Source: a virus. Taken from it: a stretch of 64,000 nt of DNA. The stretch is taken from the IMG/VR virus record IMGVR_UViG_3300027833_000017; one strand, written 5' to 3'. The position numbers and the translations under genes were made by a program. The notes under the pieces were generated by a model, which had not been told where the DNA came from, ran no database searches, and worked only from the letters and a program-made list of their open reading frames with translations. Of this stretch, positions 11,336 through 20,290 are shown one piece after another; within the stretch, counting starts at the first letter, position 1; the number at the start of each line of letters is the position of its first letter.

Positions 11336-12220
11336 ATGTATACATTAGTAACTGGAGGTGCAGGGTTTGTAGGAACACATTTAATTAAAAGTATTTTAAA
11401 TAATACACCACATGCAAAGATCGTTTCATTAGACGATTATTCTACAGGTCAAAAATCAAATCATATAGAAGGAGTACAATATGTAGAGGGACAAACTCAA
11501 CATGCTCTGCGTATATTATCAAGATTTAAATTTGATGTTATCTACCATTTTGGAGAGTATTCTCGAGTGTATCAATCTTATGAAGATTTCGACAAAGTAC
11601 AGTCATCATGTATGGAAGGTACAAGTCAGATAATAAGATTAGCTATTAAAAATAAGGCGGTATTAATATACTCGGCATCTTCATCTCATTTAGGACAAAA
11701 AGATCATAATCTCTCACCATACAGTTGGCTTAAGAAACAAAATGTAGAACTAATCAAAAAACACCAAACTTGGAATGATCTGAAAACTCACATATTTTAT
11801 TTCTTTAATGCATATGGACCAGGACAAATAACTGATGGACCATACGCAACAGTTTTAGGTATATGGGAAAGACAAATCAAGAATGAAAAAGCAATTACAG
11901 TCGTAGAACCAGGAACTCAAGCAAGAATATTTACAAGAGTAGAAGCCATTGCATTAGCATGCGCTCGCCACGAATTACTACCAATTAATTTAGAATGGGC
12001 ATTATATTCAGAGGATAAAACAACACTACTAAAAGTGGTTCAAAAACTAAAAAAGAAAACAAAGTGGATAGAAGCCAGAGAAGGTGATAGATTAAGAGTA
12101 CCAAGAATTAGAATACCTCAACCTCCACATTGGGAACATCCATACAGATTAGAAGATTGGGTCGGAGATCTTAGAAGATGGACAAAACCCACAACACCCG
12201 AAGATTACAATATCCAATAA
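11336..12220 (+). CDS. NAD-dependent nucleotide-sugar epimerase/dehydratase
   Basis: LVTGGAGFVG Rossmann motif; YSWLK (YxxxK); FNAYGP. Confidence 0.85.
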   Translation: MYTLVTGGAGFVGTHLIKSILNNTPHAKIVSLDDYSTGQKSNHIEGVQYVEGQTQHALRILSRFKFDVIYHFGEYSRVYQSYEDFDKVQSSCMEGTSQIIRLAIKNKAVLIYSASSSHLGQKDHNLSPYSWLKKQNVELIKKHQTWNDLKTHIFYFFNAYGPGQITDGPYATVLGIWERQIKNEKAITVVEPGTQARIFTRVEAIALACARHELLPINLEWALYSEDKTTLLKVVQKLKKKTKWIEAREGDRLRVPRIRIPQPPHWEHPYRLEDWVGDLRRWTKPTTPEDYNIQ

Positions 12221-12380
12221 CATGTTACTTATTAAGATGATGTCAATCATGGTTTTAGGCTATCTAATTATGAATAGAATCCTAAAACGAATGGATGATG
12301 GGGTCTGGTGGGATTGGCGCTCTGAGTTCTGGAAAAAGAACAAGAGAAAGCCTAAATAAAATCACTTCTATATATAAAAT

Positions 12381-12833
12381 ATGGAGCATCTAATTAGAGT
12401 AATAGTAGTCATCATTGGCATCTGGTTTAGTCAGCCAAAACCACCTCTTACACCTCTAATTTTCACGCTCCACCGAACACATATTCAATATATACAGGAC
12501 AGTATTCAAAGACCAATTCCAAGAGAACAGGTTAAGATCTTATTTCATTTTGGATACTCACACCCAAATCTAAAAGGACTTACACATCAGATAGACAAGA
12601 ACCGGTTTATAATTCATCTAAATCGTTTCCATATAGCAGACTGGTGGAAGGTGATCCATCATGAATTGGTACATGTAAAACAGTTGACCAATCAGGAGCT
12701 GCAAACGCACGCAACCTACTGGCAATGGCATGATCAGAAATATGGATTCCAAACACCATATGCCAAAAGACCATGGGAACTGGAAGCATTTCGTCAAGCA
12801 GATCAAATTGAAACTCGCACGCTCCATGATTAA
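12381..12833 (+). CDS. HExxH metallopeptidase-like protein with N-terminal hydrophobic segment
   Basis: HHELVHVKQ ... PWELEAF. Confidence 0.6.
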   Translation: MEHLIRVIVVIIGIWFSQPKPPLTPLIFTLHRTHIQYIQDSIQRPIPREQVKILFHFGYSHPNLKGLTHQIDKNRFIIHLNRFHIADWWKVIHHELVHVKQLTNQELQTHATYWQWHDQKYGFQTPYAKRPWELEAFRQADQIETRTLHD

Positions 12834-13049
12834 TCAATTCTCAGTAATAATAACCAGTATAATAGTAATGATAGTAATACATCTATACAAAGACTACAAA
12901 GATAACCAATCAAACCTCTAATATGGAACCAGTATACCTAACCATCCCTACAGTAATATACCTCTTAATCTCTATAAGGGCAAGGAACAGATCTAGACAC
13001 CGATGGTAAACCACCACTGCAGCGCTCCAAGGGCATCCGACCCTCAAGG

Positions 13050-13085
13050 GTGGTAGAAAGTGGTAAAAAGTGGTAGAAAGTGGTA
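13050..13085 (+). repeat. 4x GTGGTA direct repeat, 10-bp period (MraZ-box-like)
   Basis: GTGGTAgaaaGTGGTAaaaaGTGGTAgaaaGTGGTA in non-coding DNA. Confidence 0.8.
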
Positions 13086-13387
13086 AATTTTATCAAACCC
13101 ATCACTTAAAGTCATTCTAAGCTCTAGTCAGTCCCCAGGGGATCAGATATATAGAGGCAAATTGATCGTTCACTAAGTATGAGGAGCTCCCAGAGATGAG
13201 TTAAACGTGGGCGCGAATATACACACGCTCCAGAACTCCGATTACCCCTAACAGCATCCCAGAACACCAGACTAGTCAGGTCCGGTGTCGGGTGGAGGTA
13301 TACTAAATCTCCCATGTATAATTAAAAGACCCGGACTTCAAATACCCGCCGGGCAGGGTTACTCGTTATACTGTTTGGGCTGCCCAG

Positions 13388-14476
13388 TTACGCTTCATCC
13401 GCCGGGTCGAGCTCACTTTCATTAGGAACTGCTGCAAATAGGCGGTCAAACGCATCCTCTTCATGCTTTAGTTTCTCTTTTTCTTCAGCTATCAGCTCCT
13501 GGTTCAAGAGATCTCTCTTATACCTAGTGGTATCAAATTGGACTCCGTTAGTAAAGTCAAAGAATAACTTGTTGCCTACTCCTCCTAGACGGTTCTTAGA
13601 GAATTCCATATACCTTTCAGCTGAGTTCTCAGAGCCTTTCCATTGTAGTTCTAGCATGGCAGTGGTCATGTGTTTTAGTTTGTTAGAGCCGACGAATGTA
13701 CCACCCTTAGATAACTGCAGGATAGTGATAAAGGTAGTGTAAACTTTACGTTTGTTTTTACCTTGGTTGTTGGCGATCATCATGTCTAGGAACCACTTTT
13801 CGGTCTTACCTCTAGTCATGTTACAAGCCTCTTTAATAGTGTCATTTACTTCAGTGTAGGAGTCAGTCAAGACTAAGTCCCAACCTTGTGCTAAGGTCTG
13901 CTCGATTACTGCTTGAGGATTCTCATCTACATAGTCACTCAAGAAGAGAATTGGTAGCTGACCCCAGTGTGGAAAACGTTTTAGGTAACGCGCCATATCT
14001 AGCTGATTCATTTCAGCCGAGATAAAGAGAACCTTTTTAGTAGGATCAGATTTTTGAACTGAGTATAGTGTCTCTAGAAGAACAGTAGTTTTACCAACAC
14101 CTGGTGCACCTGCTGCCATGATATTAGAACCGGGCATGTAACCACCATCATTACTTAGGAATGTGTCAATTGCAGTATCAGTCTTTAGAGGGACGAACAG
14201 ATCATCAGAGAATTTAAGATTATCCAACTTAGTTAGATTGATCTTAAGTTTAGCCGACTTTTTAGAGGGCACTGATTTGTATAGACCGGTATAATCCTTA
14301 GATGAGGTCATCTTACCATCTGTATAGACATTGATAACTCGACCAGCTTCTTGACCGGTTAACCAACCGTATTTAGGGTGATCAGCGCGGGCAATTATAG
14401 TTTCTTTAGTTGAAGGTGCATAGAGCTCGAATGCTCCACCCTTTTGCTTTTTAAATGTAAATTGTGTTTTTGACAT
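13388..14476 (-). CDS. RadA/Sms-like RecA-family ATPase (no Zn finger or Lon domain)
   Basis: GAPGVGKTT Walker A, FISAEM, LTDS Walker B, SKNRLG (cf. RadA KNRFG). Confidence 0.7.
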   Translation of the reverse strand: MSKTQFTFKKQKGGAFELYAPSTKETIIARADHPKYGWLTGQEAGRVINVYTDGKMTSSKDYTGLYKSVPSKKSAKLKINLTKLDNLKFSDDLFVPLKTDTAIDTFLSNDGGYMPGSNIMAAGAPGVGKTTVLLETLYSVQKSDPTKKVLFISAEMNQLDMARYLKRFPHWGQLPILFLSDYVDENPQAVIEQTLAQGWDLVLTDSYTEVNDTIKEACNMTRGKTEKWFLDMMIANNQGKNKRKVYTTFITILQLSKGGTFVGSNKLKHMTTAMLELQWKGSENSAERYMEFSKNRLGGVGNKLFFDFTNGVQFDTTRYKRDLLNQELIAEEKEKLKHEEDAFDRLFAAVPNESELDPADEA

Positions 14477-14498
14477 ATTTTGACTTTTGACTTTTAAT

Positions 14499-14563
14499 TA
14501 TACTACTAATATACGTGAAATAATTGACAACCCAAAATCTGGGCTGACAAAGTTACGAACAAT
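14499..14563 (-). promoter_or_regulatory. Class I (early-type) promoter copy
   Basis: Minus strand ttgtcaattatttcacgTATATTAGtagtata with upstream attgttcgtaactt box. Confidence 0.7.
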
Positions 14564-14757
14564 TATTTCTTTACTTTTTCAAATGAACACACACTACAGA
14601 TAACACCTAAGAACAAGCTCATGAAAAAGAAACCTGCAGCATTGGCCTCACCCGCAAAATGGATATAGGAATCGATAGTTGATGTAATGGTCATATAAGC
14701 CACTACAAAGGCTAAGATAGCAGGAATAAAGAATTTAAGATCTAATATAACTTTCAT
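14563..14757 (-). CDS. Small membrane protein
   Basis: 64 aa, two hydrophobic segments, directly behind a promoter copy. Confidence 0.6.
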   Translation of the reverse strand: MKVILDLKFFIPAILAFVVAYMTITSTIDSYIHFAGEANAAGFFFMSLFLGVICSVCSFEKVKK

Positions 14758-14770
14758 AATTTTAATTTAA

Positions 14771-14850
14771 GAGGAGGAGTAACCTCCATTAGTATACTAC
14801 TAATATACCACTTTTATTTGACAATAAAAAATTATTTGCGGTTTATTTTC
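14771..14850 (-). promoter_or_regulatory. Class I promoter copy + 5' leader hairpin
   Basis: gtggTATATTAGtagtatactaatGGAGGttactCCTCC on the minus strand. Confidence 0.75.
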
Positions 14851-14853
14851 AAT

Positions 14854-14997
14854 TTATTTTTGTTTTTTTCGGTGTATACTGGTACTGATCATACCACTGA
14901 CAAAAGCAGCAGTCTCGCCGATAAGCTGCACGCCAATCCAACAAAGAACAAATTCAAGAAGACTAAAACAAATAGGAGCAGTGAAAAACTCAATCAT
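14854..14997 (-). CDS. Small hydrophobic protein (47 aa, below ORF-track cutoff)
   Basis: MIEFFTAPICFSLLEFVLCWIGVQLIGETAAFVSGMISTSIHRKKQK, just downstream of the promoter copy at ~15025-15080. Confidence 0.55.
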   Translation of the reverse strand: MIEFFTAPICFSLLEFVLCWIGVQLIGETAAFVSGMISTSIHRKKQK

Positions 14998-15024
14998 TAT
15001 ATAAGGGGTTTATTAATTAACTTA

Positions 15025-15080
15025 CATAGCTAATATACCACAAAAAGTTGACAATAAAAAATTATTTAGCGTTTATTTTC
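15025..15080 (-). promoter_or_regulatory. Class I promoter copy
   Basis: ttgtcaactttttgtggTATATTAGctatg on the minus strand. Confidence 0.7.
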
Positions 15081-15120
15081 ACTAAAGGCAGCCATTGGAC
15101 CAAAGGCAGCCGTTAGACAT

Positions 15121-15150
15121 AAAAAAGCCAGCCTCTAAGAGAGACTGGCT
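15121..15150 (-). terminator. Intrinsic terminator
   Basis: agccagtctct-ctt-agaggctggct + tttttt on the minus strand. Confidence 0.75.
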
Positions 15151-15315
15151 GGGAAGGGACTTAGATCTTGAGTCTGACTCAGTGGTATACTGCAGTTAAC
15201 TTGATGCTCTGATCATACTCCCTGTAAATTAGCTTTTTCATAAGCAATTGGCAAGGAACCTCAACGGCACTTAATGGAGTTTCGATTGTCCGTGATCTTG
15301 GTTCCTTGTTCCCAA

Positions 15316-16464
15316 TTAGTTTAGTAATGCACCAACTTGAGCGTTAGCATCTAAGTGTGCATTATCTGCAAAGGGTGAAGCCATTTGATTACCAAGATCA
15401 AACTGCTTACCTAAAATGTTACCGGCTTGGACCATCATCTCTGTAGATTCTCTATCTGTCATATTGAAGACTAAGTTTTCAGGAGCGTGGGTAGCGCAGT
15501 GTGTTACACCATTTACAAGTGACCAAATTGATTGGTCAGTACGTGCATTCTTTTTCTGAGCTGAAGAGAAATCCGTAGGATTCATATTCATCTTAGTGTA
15601 TGCTGCACGATTGTCATTCAATGGGATCCAAGAGTCAGCTGCATCACCTGCTGCACGCTTAACAATGTTGTGTGCTCGTTCCATTTCCCATAGAGAAGCT
15701 GGAGTTTCTGCAGCCAACTTAACTGTATTAGCAAAATCAGTAGGTATAAATCCATTCTTACGCAATTGACTCATATGTTGGTGAAAGTTCTCCATAGACT
15801 CAGGGTTGAGGTTCTTAAGAGAATAAGTTTCTTGAGCCAAACCAGTAGTAAGACCATTAGTACACCACATACGATTTACATAAGGCATAACTTGAATACC
15901 ACCAAATGGTGAGTTCTTCATAGTAAGACCTGCAGTAAAGACCTCATCAGAGAGACCAAGACCACCAAGATCAAATTGAGCCTTAGGATTAAATACATTC
16001 ATAGTAACAGATCCAGTGTTGGCATCTATACCCCAATTGGTAACTTCAAAGCCATGTTGATCAATTACCTGATCAGCAAGACCGATAAACCTTTCATGAG
16101 AGATGAGGTCTGTTGCTTGTTTACTAAATCCAACCACTTTCTTAGTAGTAGGTGATAGGATAATAGTAATCTCATTCAATTGAGCTGCCATAGCATTTTT
16201 CATCTGATTGACAAATTTAGCTTTGGTCTCTGCATTAAATAGAGATTCGAATTTTTTAGCAAAAGTGGCAGACATACCAATCAATTTCATAAGAGACTTA
16301 AAAGCATCTTTAGTAATTTCAAGGCGTTTACCATTATATTCAATAGTGGTGTCATCAATTAGATTGATTTCACGAACCGCAATAGTCTTACGAATAGACT
16401 GTGAGTTAAGCGTTTCGGCTTTACGGTTTTGAATTGCTGTTGAGGAAAGTGTTGTTATTGACAT
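15316..16464 (-). CDS. DUF932-like phage protein
   Basis: RMWCTNG motif and WSLVNGVTH; 382 aa. Confidence 0.5.
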   Translation of the reverse strand: MSITTLSSTAIQNRKAETLNSQSIRKTIAVREINLIDDTTIEYNGKRLEITKDAFKSLMKLIGMSATFAKKFESLFNAETKAKFVNQMKNAMAAQLNEITIILSPTTKKVVGFSKQATDLISHERFIGLADQVIDQHGFEVTNWGIDANTGSVTMNVFNPKAQFDLGGLGLSDEVFTAGLTMKNSPFGGIQVMPYVNRMWCTNGLTTGLAQETYSLKNLNPESMENFHQHMSQLRKNGFIPTDFANTVKLAAETPASLWEMERAHNIVKRAAGDAADSWIPLNDNRAAYTKMNMNPTDFSSAQKKNARTDQSIWSLVNGVTHCATHAPENLVFNMTDRESTEMMVQAGNILGKQFDLGNQMASPFADNAHLDANAQVGALLN

Positions 16465-16517
16465 AGAAGTTCTGTGTTTATTATTATATATTTAAATTTA
16501 AAAAAGTTTCACGTAAA

Positions 16518-16814
16518 TTACGCTAATTCTGGATTTAATTCCGAATTAATTTTGATATAGTCAGCTTGCGTTCCAAGGACCATAGGCTCTTGCCATACTA
16601 TCTCATACTCGATGTATTTGTAACGTGCAACATCATTACTATGAGACTCTACCATTTTACCAAAAACCTCAGCAGGATCAGTATACAAAAGAAGATCCGC
16701 ATCCATCTCAATCATAAAGCTATGACCACCTTTAGGTTTCCAGTGTTCACCACCTTCATAGTGTGCGTAATTCTCATAATACTGTGTATGGACTAAAATT
16801 TTGTTGATGCTCAT
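16518..16814 (-). CDS. Hypothetical early protein
   Basis: 98 aa, TQYYENY...HWKPKGG; behind a promoter copy. Confidence 0.65.
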   Translation of the reverse strand: MSINKILVHTQYYENYAHYEGGEHWKPKGGHSFMIEMDADLLLYTDPAEVFGKMVESHSNDVARYKYIEYEIVWQEPMVLGTQADYIKINSELNPELA

Positions 16815-16830
16815 AATTATCGTTTTTAAG

Positions 16831-16915
16831 AGGAGGAGTAACCTCCATTAGTATACTACTAATATACCACAAATAGTTGACAATAAAAAATTGTGGGCGT
16901 AAAAGTTACGAACAA
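16831..16915 (-). promoter_or_regulatory. Class I promoter copy + leader hairpin
   Basis: ttgtcaactatttgtggTATATTAGtagtatactaatggaggttactcctcc; upstream attgttcgtaactt box. Confidence 0.75.
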
Positions 16916-17353
16916 TTACGCAAATATAGTTAAATTATCTAATTGATCAAGGGATTCACTAAAGTCAACACCAGCAATCTTAGTACAAACATAAGGTTTG
17001 TCCCATTTACCAATATGGACCCAAGTATAATAATCAGGTACATGACCATAATCAGAGTCTTCGAAGCCTTCACCAATACCATCATTCAATATAGGCATAA
17101 TAACCTCCATCAGATCAGCAATCTCAGGATAAGAAACATGATCTTCAAGATCTCTATCCCATCTCTCTTCTCTATAATCTATATAAGGATTCAGTTGCTC
17201 ATAAGTAGAGCCATGGAGCATACTCGGACCTCGCATGATCGCTACTTTAATACCACTATAGTGTTCAGTAGTAATAGATAATTTGTACTCAGGAAGAGCT
17301 TCTTTAAGAGCTTTCCTTTTGGCTTTAACTTGTTCTTTTGTAATATAAGGCAT
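16916..17353 (-). CDS. Hypothetical early protein
   Basis: 145 aa ORF, MPYITKEQV...IGKWDKPY. Confidence 0.65.
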   Translation of the reverse strand: MPYITKEQVKAKRKALKEALPEYKLSITTEHYSGIKVAIMRGPSMLHGSTYEQLNPYIDYREERWDRDLEDHVSYPEIADLMEVIMPILNDGIGEGFEDSDYGHVPDYYTWVHIGKWDKPYVCTKIAGVDFSESLDQLDNLTIFA

Positions 17354-17377
17354 AATTTTATTTTTTAAGATTAATAA

Positions 17378-17836
17378 TTAGGCAGCAATTGCTTCCTTAG
17401 GTGAATTTTGAGTAAAGGCTTTAGAAGCCCAAGAGGATGCACCAACCAATTTATATTGAGACATATCCATCAGGTTAGTATTATCAAACATACCGTTAAT
17501 AGTACCAACAGTTAAGTTAGCCAAGATAGATTCATCGATCAGCTTAACTTTCTTACCAGTTCTTGAGAAGATAGTCAACCAAAAGTTTGAACCTTCAGGT
17601 TTAAACTGAACAGTCTGTAGGGCACCTCTCTTATAACCACTAATGGCACATTCTGGATTGGCCATTATTCTTGGATTATCAAAGTCTCTGGCATCACAGA
17701 CAGTCATACCTAATTTGGTTTTAACAACCATTCTAAATTCACCTGATTTATACTCAGAAAGTATATCAGTGGTCATAAGTTCAGATTGAAGACCGTAGGT
17801 CATCTGGATCGATTTGTTTTTAAATTCTTTAATCAT
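17378..17836 (-). CDS. Hypothetical early protein
   Basis: Start reassigned to ATG 17836 (MIKEFK), which lies downstream of the promoter; the track's longer start runs through the promoter. Confidence 0.6.
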   Translation of the reverse strand: MIKEFKNKSIQMTYGLQSELMTTDILSEYKSGEFRMVVKTKLGMTVCDARDFDNPRIMANPECAISGYKRGALQTVQFKPEGSNFWLTIFSRTGKKVKLIDESILANLTVGTINGMFDNTNLMDMSQYKLVGASSWASKAFTQNSPKEAIAA

Positions 17837-17851
17837 GTTTCTTTTAATTAG

Positions 17852-17948
17852 TGAGGTAATAACCTCGATTAGTATACTACTAATATACCACAAATAAACG
17901 ACAATAAAAAGCTTTTCAGCGTTTATTTTAAAAAAAGTTACGAACAAT
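17852..17948 (-). promoter_or_regulatory. Class I promoter copy + leader hairpin
   Basis: ttgtcgtttatttgtggTATATTAGtagtatactaatcGAGGTtattACCTC. Confidence 0.75.
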
Positions 17949-17954
17949 ACACTA

Positions 17955-18043
17955 AACGCGGGGGTGGGTAACACACAGGGCGGAGTCTACTCTTCCAGCT
18001 CCGAAAAAAAGCTACGCCCCTAAGGAAGGTCTCTGCCTTCAAC
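17955..18043 (-). ncRNA. Candidate small structured RNA
   Basis: GC-rich, ATG-free stretch directly downstream of a class I promoter copy; stems gaagg/ccttc and gggcg/cgccc. Confidence 0.35.
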
Positions 18044-18044
18044 T

Positions 18045-18170
18045 TATACTACTAATATACACGAAAAGAATGACAACCCAAAATCTGGGCTGCCATACTT
18101 ACGAGTTAGTTGCGAACAAAGTTATTAACAATACGTTGCGAACAGGTTTGCGAACAATGACACTTTGTCA
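18045..18170 (-). promoter_or_regulatory. Class I promoter copy with clustered TT-nnn-AACA boxes and TGACA-N3-TGTCA palindrome
   Basis: cgtgTATATTAGtagtata; ttgcgaaca x3 and ttattaaca; tgacactttgtca at 18158-18170. Confidence 0.65.
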
Positions 18171-18171
18171 A

Positions 18172-18576
18172 TTAGGCAGTCAGCGCGTTAAAACGCTTAA
18201 CCATATCCACTGACACTTTATAAGAAGAGCCATTAGACACCTTAGTCACTACCACAGGAGATCGTTTAGATCGCGGCTTATAACCACTAATAGTATACTC
18301 ATCACCCTGAAGATCAATAGTATCACCTACATTAAGCGCACCAAGACCTACCAGACTCTTATACTGATCAAAAGCTTGAGCTTCTTTAGTAACAGCTATA
18401 CCACCAGAACCGATGACACCTGCATTAAGTTTAATAGTAGCAGTCTCAGAGGTAAACGAAATGTTACCTGCAGATAAAGAGATACCATGCTCAGCAGCTA
18501 CTTTTGCCAAGGCAGAGTCAAGAGATACACGAAGAGCCTTAAGGGCTGGGCGGTTGAAAGATTTAATTTTACTCAT
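18172..18576 (-). CDS. Hypothetical early protein
   Basis: 134 aa ORF behind a promoter copy. Confidence 0.65.
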   Translation of the reverse strand: MSKIKSFNRPALKALRVSLDSALAKVAAEHGISLSAGNISFTSETATIKLNAGVIGSGGIAVTKEAQAFDQYKSLVGLGALNVGDTIDLQGDEYTISGYKPRSKRSPVVVTKVSNGSSYKVSVDMVKRFNALTA

Positions 18577-18591
18577 TTAAAATTGTTTTAG

Positions 18592-18670
18592 TGAGGTATT
18601 AACCTCCATTAGTATACTACTAATATACCACAAATAATCGACATAAAAAAATATTTGAGCGTTTATTTTC
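18592..18670 (-). promoter_or_regulatory. Class I promoter copy + leader hairpin
   Basis: ttttttatgtcgattatttgtggTATATTAGtagtatactaatgGAGGTtaatACCTC. Confidence 0.75.
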
Positions 18671-18689
18671 AATTTATTTTCGCGCAAAG

Positions 18690-20000
18690 GCCCCTCACTT
18701 ACTAAACTTATACCAGAGACTTGAAACAAAAGGGGACCAGAAGCATATAAAACATGTCTTTAAGTCAGAAGTAAGATAGGGTCCCCAGAGTACTCCAGAG
18801 CACCAAGTCACCCCAGAGCATATAATAGTCCCAGAGCGTTCCCAGGAAGCTTCCCAGAGAAGTCCCCCAGTAAGCTCCCCCAGAAGCTTCTCCAGAGTAA
18901 GCCCCCAGAAGCTTGCAGGCGCGCTCCAGGAGCTAAAATAGCTTCCCAGGAGCTTACAGGGAGCTACTTCCGGCGGATCACTACCAGCGAGCTCTGCATA
19001 AGTACCTATAGCAATTGCTTGCCTATGCGCACCAAGAGCACCAACACACCAATGAGCTGAGTGCGCAACCAACACATATTACACTATAGACACCAAACAG
19101 AGTACACAGATGAGCCAATCTCAGAGAAGCCGCAGAGCTTACAGGCGCGCGCAGAGAAGCACAGGCAACCAAATACTAATAAACCTATACAGGGACCAGA
19201 GGGACAAGGGCACATATAACTCATTAACACATATGGTACACCACCAATCCGAGGCTTCAATGAGTCCGAGCTCAGGGTGTCAGAGCGCTCAGACTCTTCA
19301 AGAGCTTAAGCTGCCATCAAAGAGTGAAAACGATTTATGGTACGCACGCCCGGATGAAGCGCCGAATTATATAGGTATACCTTAAGTAAGTATATTAGCT
19401 ATAGCTTAATTTTTGTGTCGCTTTTGTGAACACACTATCTCAGCCCGGGGACACCTCAGTTTAGGCCTTTGACCACTCAGAGTAATGGACTCATTATCAA
19501 TCAGATACACACATAACCAAAAAGTACTCAGAGGTGGAGAGAGGCCCCAAAGAATCGCGACCATTTTTAATGTCGTCGGTTCCCAAATAATTGGGTCCCC
19601 GGGGGACAGAGCTCAAAGGGCCCGTTTCGCGCCACTATCACTCGCACGCGCATGTAGACGTTTAGAGCCCTCAGAGTATACACTAACAAAATGGATCTAA
19701 TTACTCAGAGGGCCAAGTCTGGCCACGGATCACGTGAATGGTATTAATTAGTGTCTCAGAGGGCTTAGTGGGCTCAGAGTGCTCAGACTGAAAAGAGTCA
19801 CTATGCGAGCCTCTACTTCGCGCGCACTCTTGGTATCTGCAGTCTATTATAGAATCGCGCGCCCCCGGGGGAGATGAGCCCGGGTCCAGACCGGGTCTGC
19901 GGTTGGGGACCTTAGCGGTATTAAGAGTATATAGAGTGTGGGGGTTTTCCTTTAGTCGCTGAAATTTTCCCAAAACAGAATTTTCCCAGGGACCTTTAAT
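18690..20000. repeat. GC-rich non-coding region with strand-biased CCCAG(A/G)AG and CTCAGAG repeats
   Basis: >10 ccag(a/g)-type motifs at 18780-18965 and many ctcagag to 19790; sits between divergent gene blocks. Confidence 0.6.
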
Positions 20001-20064
20001 TACTATGAGCGATGAAACAAATCAACGAGTGGATTATATAAGGATTATAAAAGACGATTAAGAA

Positions 20065-20265
20065 ATGAATAAACAAGACAGACCTGGCAATAAATTATTA
20101 AAGTGCATGAATCATGACCCAGAAACATCAAAATGGGGCGAGTTTGCCCCTGTAGGTGGTTGTGATGAAGTAGTTAGCGTTGATCCAAAAACTGATAAAG
20201 TTTTATGTTGGCGTTGCACCTCACAAAGCGTGTCTAATATCGGAGGCACCAGAAATCAAGAATAA
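20065..20265 (+). CDS. Small Cys-rich protein
   Basis: 66 aa with C..C..CWRC. Confidence 0.6.
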   Translation: MNKQDRPGNKLLKCMNHDPETSKWGEFAPVGGCDEVVSVDPKTDKVLCWRCTSQSVSNIGGTRNQE

Positions 20266-20290
20266 TTATTAACGTTCAAATAAGATACAA

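Noticed and set aside
14499-18670. Repeated ~60-bp elements as a CRISPR array or attC cassette array
   Set aside because: Spacing is gene-sized and irregular, the repeats are promoter-like and also occur at 54-61 kb, and there is no cas or integrase gene.
18695-19973. ORFs 18695-19075, 19110-19385, 19485-19700 and 19701-19973
   Set aside because: Atypical GC and codon usage and repeat-derived composition; likely spurious.
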